Positions 53,065 through 64,000 of a DNA stretch of 64,000 nucleotides are shown here, piece by piece (positions within the stretch are counted from its first letter, which is position 1; each line of letters opens with the position of its first letter). The notes beneath the pieces are model-generated. The model saw only the letters and a program-made list of their open reading frames with translations, made no database searches and had not been told where the DNA came from. The translations under genes and the position numbers were made by a program. Source of the stretch: Eledone cirrhosa. Its lineage: Eukaryota. The stretch lies in NCBI GenBank assembly GCA_964016885.1, contig OZ024742.1, positions 31,124,001 through 31,188,000 on the forward strand, given 5' to 3'.

Positions 53065-53225
53065 CAGTCGTGGGTTAACTGCAGCCAACCAATCGCGTGT
53101 GACCCATTTGACTTTCTGAATGGCGTGCCTTATTTCAAAATTGCTTCGAATTATTTAGTAGTGCCGCTCGCCTTATGATCCACATCCTATGCGGCCCACT
53201 GCTCAAAAAAGGTTGCCCATGCCTG
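53065..53225. mobile_element. Possible hAT/Charlie-type MITE relic
   Basis: Right end AGGTTGCCCATGCCTG preceded by ATGCGGCCC; degenerate left end CAGTCGTGGGTTAACT; no clear TSD. Confidence 0.45.
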
Positions 53226-53449
53226 TATTAATGATAACACAAACAACCCCCACTACATTCATTCATTTCGAAGTCCAAGTCAACCACTTAACTTCTACGT
53301 GATCCCTTGACCCCCCTAGAAATAGCAGTCAGTAGATAATTCTTTAATACCAGAATATGGAGAAGAAATTACATGTAAGACATATCCACTGCGTCAATGA
53401 TGCAGTTTATTTAACTAACAATAGGTTCCATGAGGAGGTATAGTTCACC

Positions 53450-53625
53450 GCACTGGAATGGGGCTCCGTTGATTTCGACGATGTGTATTTCAGTTCGATC
53501 AACGGAACAGCTTACTCGTAAAACTAACATGTAAGTGGCTGAGCATTCCACAGACACTTTTAACCTTTATGCAATTCACAGCGTGACAGTGTGCGACATG
53601 GCTGGCCTTTTGAATTACAGGTAGA
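53450..53625 (-). mobile_element. SINE group B 3' body
   Basis: Reverse-complement match to 7155-7335. Confidence 0.75.
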
Positions 53626-53898
53626 GTCTTTCCGACTATAGTAGATTATATTTGCTGAAGATGGCATGCAGTGAGATCGAACTCGGAACCTAATGAGGCG
53701 AACTGTATAATAAACAGTTATATAGCTACTTATGAATTCATCACGCCCAGGCTAATTAATTAATGCATTGAGCTAAACCAGCATCTCAACAAAAGACGAG
53801 GGGGTGGCGCTGCGTGCGTCATAGAAAATATTGCAAAATTGGCAACAGGTACAACTCTGCGGTCGTCGGCCTTCGAAATGGCCGTACACGGTTTTGGC

Positions 53899-53943
<45 letters not shown>

Positions 53944-54004
53944 CTATATATATATGTCTCTCTATATATGTATATATTTATATATGTATATATATGTGCA
54001 TATG

Positions 54005-54044
<40 letters not shown>

Positions 54045-54050
54045 CATATG

Positions 54051-54253
<203 letters not shown>

Positions 54254-55211
54254 TATATATATATATACACTCACACATCAACGTAATATCCTGTAAACTG
54301 TATGTTAGTGATGATAATTATGTCATTAGGCGTGAGTACCTGGATGACTGCCGTTTCTTTTCCTGAAAGCCATACATCAGCACTAACAACATACAAAACT
54401 ATTAATAAACTTCTCACCGATATATTTAGTTATTTAGTGCACAAACAATAATAGCTACAGCGTAGAAATCTCGAAATATTCATGAATTAAAGCCAAAAAT
54501 AATACAGCAATCTGAAGCTATTTTTTTTCTTATTAGTGTGGGGTGGGGTGGGGGTAGAAGGAGCCATGGAAAATGTATGTATTAATCTCAGATGTTTTGT
54601 TAAATCTTCATGAATGTGTGGATAATTTGGAACACATGCTATAAATATTCATTCAGTAACTCTTGTTTGTCTGCCATTTTACTTTCGTTGTTCGTAAAAT
54701 AGAAGATTTGTTCACTTTAAATATAGCCTATATTATCGATAACATTCTCCCCGCCAATAATTTCAATGGATTACATTTTTTTAACACGATATCTTACTTT
54801 CATCTCCTTGCCCTTTTTTCCTTTCATTTGTTTTTCCAGTCTTTACCTACTTTTTTTCAGTCTCACGAGACTATCGTTGCTATAAAAGTACAATACCTTC
54901 TCCTAGTCGTCATATAACACTCTATATGTAGCGGTTATGGCTTAATTGATGTAAGTTATTGTTTTGTTTTGTCTTTTACTCCACAGACAGCGCTTTGGCT
55001 TGTGTCAGACACGGTGATTCTGGGTCGACCAGCAGTACCGTTGGTAGGGGTCGAAACTGCCAAAGTCTATCTCATCGGCTGAAGACCTTGGAGTTCTGTG
55101 TCTTTCGTTTGTATTTTTATTTTCCCCAAATATTTTTAAAGGTTTCACCTTACTACAGATCCATCTCACCGTCTTCAGATGCCCTACCATAGACAGTTAG
55201 ATACCAATGCC

Positions 55212-55292
<81 letters not shown>

Positions 55293-55594
55293 CAAGTGGA
55301 AGTTTAGTAAAATCGAAGTTTTGGCTGTGGCCAAGCTAACGATATACAATTAGGAATGTGCAGCAAAGCCCTCGATAAGGTTGTGTCACCTTAGAGTAAT
55401 AACACACGTTAGATAGCTTGACAAATTGAAAACTGCGACCGGTGACCCTGCCACATGAAACCAAAGCAACAAAAAACCCAATCAAGTATTATTTATATAT
55501 ATATATAGAAAGAGAGAGAAAGAGTAGAGAGAGAGAAAATTTCAAAAATATTATTAAAAACACTATAATCCAGATGAATAACTCTCTCTCTCTC

Positions 55595-55666
<72 letters not shown>

Positions 55667-56499
55667 AAATCGTTTTCAAATAAGAAAATAGATAAAGTCA
55701 GGCGAAGAAGTTATTACAGCTCCAAATATGAGATGTATTACAGTAAACTACTCAGAAGGTTACATACAAGATTTACTTATATGAACTCCTTATTTTAGAT
55801 GTTTAAGTAGACTCATAGAGCAAATATTACATTGGAAGTAAGAGCAAAGAATGTTAAATATGATATAATTAACAGTCTTTGGTCATATTTTCAATGTTAT
55901 ATATAACCAAATTAAAAGATATATGTTTATATATATAGAGAAAGGGCAATATATTCTTTCGATGATCGATTACATAGATCGAATTTTAGTCATACTCTCC
56001 AGGTATGAAATAGTGCTATAAGATTTCACTTATGATTCCACCTATATACATATTCTTCTATAGTGTATGTATTTGGTATATATACAATATAGTGTGTTTC
56101 TTGTGCGATATATGGCTCTTTCTCTCTCTATAAACATATATCTTTCATTGGTTATTATGGCTCTAGATAAAGTCTGTTGAGCTTACTTAGTGAGAAACAC
56201 AAAATTCTAAACATATCTGTTATGTTTTGATTTATAATTTGTATATATATAATCGCCACCACACAAACTCACACATGATATCAAGGTATGTCTGACTCGT
56301 GGTACAGCCATATTATGTGACACTATAACCCTCTCAAGTAGAGACATGTTGCCGGACGAAACGTATCCGGATGTCAGTGGTTATCTAGTATTTATTGGGG
56401 AATGTATATATATATAAATTGTATATATGTGTGTGTATAAATGTATATATATATATATATGTGTGTGTATGTGTATGTGTGTGTGTATAAATGTATATA

Positions 56500-56592
<93 letters not shown>

Positions 56593-56699
56593 ATAAATGT
56601 ATATATATAAAGGAACGATCGACTTTCGTCAAATCGGACCGAGGAAACAATGTTTCCGTTGGTCTTTCCAATTGCTAATACTATCTATCGGTCGCAACT

Positions 56700-56825
56700 C
56701 CAGGTAGAAGGAGCAACGTGAAATAAAGTGTCTTGCTCAAGGACATAACGCATCGCCTGGTGCAGGAATCGAACTCCCACCCTTACGATTGCGAATCCAA
56801 TTCTCTAACCACTCAGCCACACGCT
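56700..56825 (-). mobile_element. SINE group B head containing a single satellite monomer
   Basis: Minus strand A box TGGCTGAGTGG and B box AGTTCGATTCC. 56714-56750 reads CAACGTGAAATAAAGTGTCTTGCTCAAGGACATAACG. Confidence 0.88.
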
Positions 56826-56864
56826 ATATATATCTCTCTATATAATTGTGTGTGTGTATAAATG

Positions 56865-56937
<73 letters not shown>

Positions 56938-57593
56938 GTATATATATATATATATCTGTTAGACACGCAGTGACTAACAACAGAATGTTTTAAGTCTGCA
57001 TGTCTTCTGACATGTCACATACATGTGTAGCTTGTGAATAAAAAATTCATGGGGTATCGCTGGCCGTGGTGATCCCGGCCAAACATATTTTGTAATGTAT
57101 CGTCTTATTGGCTAATTTCATCGTCTTAGTGGCTAATCAATCAATGAGAGTAATTGTTGCTCAAAAGCATCCGCCATTTTATTTGCACGTTTATTTATCG
57201 TTTCGCTTTCGAATCTTCCTCTAGTATTTCGTCGTTTATCATCAAAATATTTTTCTCGTTTTGGTAAGTTATATTGTTAATTTATATATGATTTTTTAAA
57301 TTTATATTAACTATTTTTTTTTCAGTTCGTTATAACATGCTTATAATATTGGTTGTATTATATTTACTTGTATATTTGTCCATATTATTGTTCGTTTTAT
57401 GTTAAATTATTTTATTATTATTATGTTAGATTATTTTTTTTATTATTATGTTAGACTATTTGTATGTAATATTTAATTTTTATTAATTCAACTATAACAA
57501 TTATTATGTAAAATATATTTATTTAATATTGATTGTTTTTTGTAGTTGTTTATATTAAAAGTCTGAAAATATTTTTATACATCTTACAATAAT

Positions 57594-57771
57594 TGTTTCT
57601 ACTTTAGGCACAAGGCCAGCAATTACCTAGTGCATTACTGGTACTTTATTTTATCTACCCCGTAAGGATGAAAGGCAAAGTCAACCTCGGCGGGATTTGA
57701 ACTCAGATCGTAAAGGGATGTAACTATGCTGGAAAGCATGGCGTCCGACTCTCTACCGATACTGCCAATCC
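57594..57771 (-). mobile_element. SINE family A with 15-bp TSD
   Basis: ACATCTTACAATAAT at 57579-57593 and 57772-57786. Confidence 0.92.
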
Positions 57772-57908
57772 ACATCTTACAATAATATTTATAAGATCAT
57801 TTATAAAATAACAATTATATAATCTAATTACATTACAACGATAATTTATTATTAATATATATCATGTTTAACTACAGTTATTACAGGCGTTGCCTTAAAA
57901 AAAATTAA

Positions 57909-58358
57909 ACTAGACCTGAAAAATGCGCAAGCTCAAAAGAGCCACAGAATGTTATAATAAACCTTCAAAAGTGTGGGACTAGAGTTGTTGCTCAAAAATA
58001 TTGTAATCATTATCTATCGTACACTCTGTGGCATCCTTTATAAAAATGAGACTCATAACAAACTCAAGACGACACGATAATTATTTAAGTGAATTTATAA
58101 TATAGAATTCGGTTTAAGTGCATTTCGTATTAATCATTACTTAACACCTAATATGAGATATTGAACATTAGCTTAAATAATTATCGTGTCGTCTTGAGTT
58201 CGTTATGAGTCTCTTTTTTTTTTTTATAAAGGATGCCACAGGGTGTACGATAGATAATGATTACAATATTTTTGAGCAACAACTCTAGTCCCACACTTTT
58301 GAAGGTTTATTATAACATTCTGTGGCTCTTTTCAGCTTGCGCAGTTTTCAGGTCTAGT
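57909..58358. repeat. Inverted repeat, ~180-bp arms, ~82-bp spacer
   Basis: 57909-58089 versus 58172-58358, with a few substitutions and a homopolymer length difference. Confidence 0.9.
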
Positions 58359-58439
58359 ATACATATATATGTGTGTGTGTGTGTATAAATGTATATATAT
58401 ATATATAACTTCCATGATCCATTACAACCACAGTAACCT

Positions 58440-58675
58440 AGGTGACAAACATACCGTGACCAACACACCGTGACCAACATACCATGACCAATACACCGCG
58501 ACTCCCACACAGTAACCAATGTGACCAATACACCATGAGCAATACACCATGACCAACATACCACGACCAATACACTGTGACCAATACACCGCGACCAATG
58601 CACCGCGACCAATACACCACGACCAATACATCGTGACCAAAACATCCGACCAATACACCATTAGTATGACCAATT
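58440..58675 (+). repeat. 14-bp minisatellite
   Basis: CGTGACCAATACAC and variants, about 16 units. Confidence 0.9.
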
Positions 58676-59393
58676 TGATTCTGAAGATGGGGTTGTGAAG
58701 GCCTCAAAATATCAGCAGACATTGATTTAGAAATGTTATTATTTCAAATTAAAGAAATATGAAAAAAATCCTTAATAAAAATAACAAACTAGAAGGTAGT
58801 CGTGTTTTAAATATAACAGGTTTCACATTGAACACTTGCTTCTATCCTTCACCCCCAAACTGTAACACTCTAGAATTCCCCCTGTAATTGTAAGCTGAAT
58901 ATCAATGGAATTTCTATCATGGGCACTGTCTCTCCTCTTCTGTTTAACTTATTATACAACATAATATTTAGTGGAATATCAACTAACCGTATATAACTCT
59001 ATATATATCCCTCTCCTAACATATCTATTATATTACCCCCCCCATATATCTATTCTATTTCCTCCCCCCTACAAATGTATTATGTCTCCCCCCACCACAT
59101 CAATTCTGCCCGAAGACCCCCCCCATCAAATCCCCTGTCTCTCCACCTACAATTCTCTGCAATTCAATCTCAACCCCAAACACATTGTCTCCTCACTCTG
59201 TCCCATATACCGCTACTACAACAGTCCCTGCTCCTCAAAACTAGTATAGGACCCCCTTCTTAGTTCACTTTACACTCTTCACTCCATTTCTTGTTACTCG
59301 AACTCTGCTTCACCTTATATACTCAGTACAAACCAATACTACCCGCACTTCTGTTGCAACAGATTTTACTTAAGTATCGTCCGCTCTCTGAAA

Positions 59394-59465
59394 GCCTCGG
59401 CTCGATAAAGTCCCTTTCTCTCGACGAAAGCCTCGGCTCGATAAAGTCCCTTTCTCTCGACGAAA
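59394..59465 (+). repeat. 36-bp tandem duplication
   Basis: GCCTCGGCTCGATAAAGTCCCTTTCTCTCGACGAAA occurs twice. Confidence 0.85.
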
Positions 59466-60588
59466 CATTTAAGAAAAACTTGTAAATTATGATGTAAAAT
59501 ATAAGCAGTGGAGATTTCTGGTGTCATTGGCTATAGGACCATCTCCCAACTCACCACCATCGGCACAGAGTTGGCTACCCGCAGGTAGTGAGTTGGGAGC
59601 TGGCATGGCTCTTCCAACGCGTGTCCCTCACCATCCTTTGGGGAAACGCCTTCTCTATTCTGTCCGCCGGGGCCGCAGGCGGCCAGCACATGGGCCTCCA
59701 TTTGCTTATACTAGTGAGAGATGGGAGAGTGAGGCAGATGGAGGAGGCAGGGAGTGAAAGATAGAGAACACCAACACTTATTTACTTATTTATTTATTCG
59801 TACAAAAGACACTATCTGTAATAATATAAGTATAGTATAATATAAGTATATAGTATTTATATACAAGTGATAACTATATATATACATTTAAGTGAATCAT
59901 ACGATTCAGTGGAAGTCATCTGAATGTTTATATAGCAATTCTCCTGACAAATAGACAAACACAAAGACTGTTTTTATACCCCAAAATAGAACGGTTAAAT
60001 GTGAATTGAAATCATGTCTATTCTTTATGTCTATGAATCTTCCATTTGTGTAGATTTACAGGAATTTATTTCAATTTTATTCCATTCATTTTTGAATATT
60101 TACAGTCAATGGCATATGTTTTATAAATCAAAACTTTACAAGCGAAACACCCGGATTTATTTTAGATGTTAACATTGCCGGCTGCTGTTTTTATTTATAC
60201 ACATACACACACATGCAGGCACGGTCACACGCACACACACTCACACACACAGACACAGCCACACACACTCACACACACAGACGCAGCCACACACACACAC
60301 ACAGACACAGAGGCAGCCACACACACATAGACATAGCCACACTCACACACACAGACGCAGCCACACTCACACACACAGACGCAGCCACACACACACACAG
60401 ACACAGCCACACACACATATATATGTGTGTGCGTGTGTGTGTGTGTGTGTGTGTATGTTCCAGCCCATTCTCTCTCCGAAATCTCCATTTCCTGAAGAAG
60501 GACTTATGTCCGAAGCGCCGAACCCTCCTCTACTTCATCCGAAGCGTGATATTAATAAGACTTTGTTTTTGTATTGTCATTTCTTTAA

Positions 60589-60692
<104 letters not shown>

Positions 60693-60693
60693 G

Positions 60694-61250
60694 TATTAAT
60701 AAAAGGAATTCCAACTTTGTCTGATTTACTCGTTTTATTTACAATCCTTTAAAATATATATAATGGTATTATAATGAAATAGTATGGTGGAATATTAAAT
60801 GTTAAGTGTTAATTGAACAAGTACTTTCATGCTTTCGCAATCTTCAGGTTCATAATGTGTGGTGACAGTCAAGTTTGCAATTTTCAACACATACACACAC
60901 ACGCAGGCACGGTCACACGCGCACACACATACACACACAGACACAGCCACACATACAGACGCAGCCACAAACACACACACAGAGGCGCTTCGGACATAAG
61001 TCCTTCTTCAGGAAATGGAGAGTTCGGAGAGAGAATGGGCTGGAACATTGCAAACTTGACTGTCACCACACATTATGAACCTGAAGATTGCGAAAGCATG
61101 AAAGTACTTGTTCAATTAACACTTAACATTTAATATTCCACCATACTATTTCATTATAATACCATTATACATTTTAAAGGATTGTAAATAAAACGAGTAA
61201 ATCAGACAAAGTTGGAATTCCTTTTATTAATATAATCTTCTATACACAAT
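60694..61250. mobile_element. Fold-back pLTR insertion (arms 60694-60881 and 61047-61232) with locally templated spacer
   Basis: Arms are reverse complements. The same terminal sequence AATAAAAGGAATTCCAACTTTGTCTGATTTACTCG occurs at ~5880-5940. Confidence 0.85.
61076..61114 (+). ncRNA. Minimal type I hammerhead ribozyme (mirror copy 60814-60852 minus)
   Basis: tgaac-CTGAAGA-t-tgc-gaaa-gca-t-GAAA-gtac-TT-gttca; palindromic AGTACT and a GNRA-capped helix II. Confidence 0.83.
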
Positions 61251-61265
61251 CATACACACCCGTGT

Positions 61266-61517
<252 letters not shown>

Positions 61518-61591
61518 CTATATGAGAGGTTCACAGTGCGAGGACCAGTGCAGTACTCGAGGCGTGATGAGTTGCAGCGTGTATATATATA

Positions 61592-64000
61592 TATCGTTTC
61601 TGAATTTGTTTAGCAAGATTCTTTATATGAAAACGTGTGTTGAAACCGATATTGTTATACTTTGGGAGGGTCATGTTGCCAATAAGAAACACACGCACCT
61701 GTTGCTTTCACTCCAATTTTAAAACATTTAAAATTTTTTTTATAAATTTCGGGTTGGTTGGTTGGTTCCACAATCGGACGGTTGTTCATATATTGTCAAA
61801 GTTCTTTCGTCACACATTCTGTGAGCTCTTCAGTGACTGGGGATTCTTTTCTTTGTTATGTGCCTCTCCTTTGTTCTGTCCTACGCCATCTTGTTTTTGT
61901 TTTTGTGTGTGTTGTGTGCTTAGTTTGCGCATGTGTTACATCCGGGTGTCTGTGTGTGTTTTTATTTGTTTATTTATTTGTTTATTTACATGTTACTGGT
62001 TGGTTGTTTGTTCTATGTGTGTGTTTTCATTTTGTCCTTAATTGTAAGTTGTGATGTTGCTGTTCCACTCATGTTTTCTATTTAATTTTGGTTGTAATTC
62101 ATTTATGTTTATTGCCTCTGTGATTTGTCTAAACATTGCGTCTTTTCTGTGTGTAGATTTTATTTTTATTTCTATGTTCTCTAATTTGCCCTTATGTTCT
62201 ATTCTAGCATGTTGGTGGAGTGTTGATGATTCTTTTTTATCTTGAAGTTCTCGCCAGTGTTCATTTAACCGTTCTCCTATACTACGAGCTGTCTCACCTA
62301 TGTACACTATATTCTTATCTTTACATTGTCCTTCAGTACATCTTATGCTATATACTGTTTCTAGTTTTACAGTTAATATGGGGACTTAGTTTACAGATTA
62401 TGCATTTCTTATCTACACAGGGAGGTCTTTGAAAAATGTATGTATTACTAATAAGTGTTTTTATGGAGGTACCTGGTCTTTCTACTATCTTAATATTAAG
62501 TTTAAGTTTATCTAGGGCCCTTCTAAATTTGTAAGCTAATTCACCTCTAGGGGTTGTATTGATGAACATTACACTCTGATATTTATTGCTATCATACCAT
62601 GAGTTTATTCTATTAACCTTATTCCTAGTTCTTTCTATTCTATTCCAAAATTTGCTCCTATACAAGGGGCAGGTCCCATTTGTATCATTATTTACCATTT
62701 TTTCCCATTTGGTTCTAGCTCCTTTATATACTCTGATTTTATCTCTCTGATTGTAACCAGAGAACTGCATACGGTGGATGAAGTGTTGTATGTGTCTCTC
62801 TAGTTCTTCGGGGTTGCACATGCGGGACACGTTTCTCATCACCCGTACTAAATCCGCAATCAGTATGTTGATTTTGGTGTGATCCGAAACAGCTGAGTTT
62901 CGGTGGATCAGATATTTGGAAGTCATGGGTTTGGCATAATGGGAATGGAGGATTTGTTTTTTGTTATTGATGGTTTCTAACCAGAGCTCTGTGTCTAGTA
63001 CAGGTAATCGATGGTTGGGGTGTTTGCTTGGGTAGTCTATAGTAATTCTAATACTCTGGTAGATGGGGTTAGCTATTTGCTGGATGCTTTCCATGGTGTT
63101 TTTCTCTAATTCCTGACTGTTCTCTAGTGGGGGTGTTTTTACTACGATGTTTATATCATCAACGTAGCGAGAGTACATTATCAAGGTTAAGAGGTTGCTG
63201 TCTTCTAATTGTTCTTTAAGTTTATTGTCCCACCATACCATGAATAGGATAGCTATGTCACCTGCAATGTTAACACCAATGGCTGTTCCCTCATCTTGGG
63301 CATATGTTTTTCCATTAAATTTGAACATATGTTCCTTAAGGGTTAGTTTTATACTGGCCCCCACCGCATGTGCAATCATTTTTTTAGTTCATCGTGGTTT
63401 TCGGGGGTCCGTATGGCTCTGTTCCACCCGTTCCATCTTTTTGTGTGGGTTTTCTTGACCATTGAGGTAATGGTAGGTGGTCTGCCTCTTGCTGGTCTTG
63501 TAGGGCACAGGTTGCTAAGGTCATACGTATCTAGATAATCATTACTATAAGTAAGTTTAAGTAGGAGTCCCAGCTCACTGGTGTCAATCCCACGGAATTC
63601 AACATTGCTCTCACTGATCATTTCTACGCATTTCTTCACAGCAAATTCCACGTCAATTGATGGATATAGGGACATAACATCCATACTACCTATTATACAG
63701 TTTGTTAGGTCCCTAGATCGGTTATTTTCGCTGATTCTGCTGAGGAGGTCCTCCGTGCTGTCACATATATCCGTGGACATTTCAATGATGGGGCGTATGA
63801 TCAGGGAGAGGAAGTAGGAAAGTCTGTAGTTACTAGCAATGTTAGCTCCACAGACTGGCCGTGTTAGTGGTCTTGTGACTGGGTCACTGTTCGTCTTATG
63901 GTCTTTTCGAAGCCCATACAACGTTGGCACGTCATTGTTCCAGGCCTGGAAGTTGTTGGCAGTCCGTTTATTGGGCTGCATTATGTTTGTCCATACCATC
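61592..64000 (-). mobile_element. Penelope-like retroelement with endonuclease, running off the window end; pLTR ~61592-62037 with hammerhead at 61795-61837
   Basis: RT, Cys linker and GIY-YIG in order, then a 3' UTR with the hammerhead; ends at (AT)n. Confidence 0.93.
62038..63999 (-). pseudogene. PLE reverse transcriptase and GIY-YIG endonuclease ORF with two frameshifts
   Basis: Motifs PTLYGLRKDHK, RPVCGA, GSMDVMSLYPSI, QDEGTAIG, YSRYVDD, LPVLD and YIGETARS..ER..EH. Frameshifts at the T-run near 63379-63385 and near 62356 (2 nt shorter than the 14885 copy). Confidence 0.9.

Noticed and set aside
55005-55190. Further hammerhead-like pieces (GAAACT...AGTC; CTGAAGAC on the minus strand); also near 58680 and 59388
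   Set aside because: Cores are incomplete or helices do not close, so they were not counted.
55902-56156. Degenerate ~50-bp inverted repeat
   Set aside because: Largely AT/AG low complexity with no TSD or ribozyme; too weak to classify.

Overview
This is an AT-rich, repeat-saturated eukaryotic window with no recognisable host gene. The SINE, microsatellite and Penelope content suggests an octopus-like cephalopod, which is my inference. Nearly all ORF-track entries are microsatellite or antisense artefacts. The real coding remnants are all retroelements: a disrupted RTE-clade LINE (8119-10396), a Penelope-like element (PLE) with RT and GIY-YIG domains (61592-64000, minus strand; 3' copy at 14680-15660), a Neptune-type PLE endonuclease tail (~3130-3325) and small LINE relics. 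The centre is a ~21.3 kb satellite of 32-bp units that begins inside a SINE copy and matches that SINE's central domain. The flanks carry about 20 type I hammerhead ribozyme motifs from roughly 10 PLE pLTR-like families. Many sit in head-to-head fold-back palindromes inserted into (AT)n tracts. Also present are non-autonomous Helitrons, a mariner-type MITE and tandem SINE clusters. Coordinates were read by eye, so element ends may be off by some bases.
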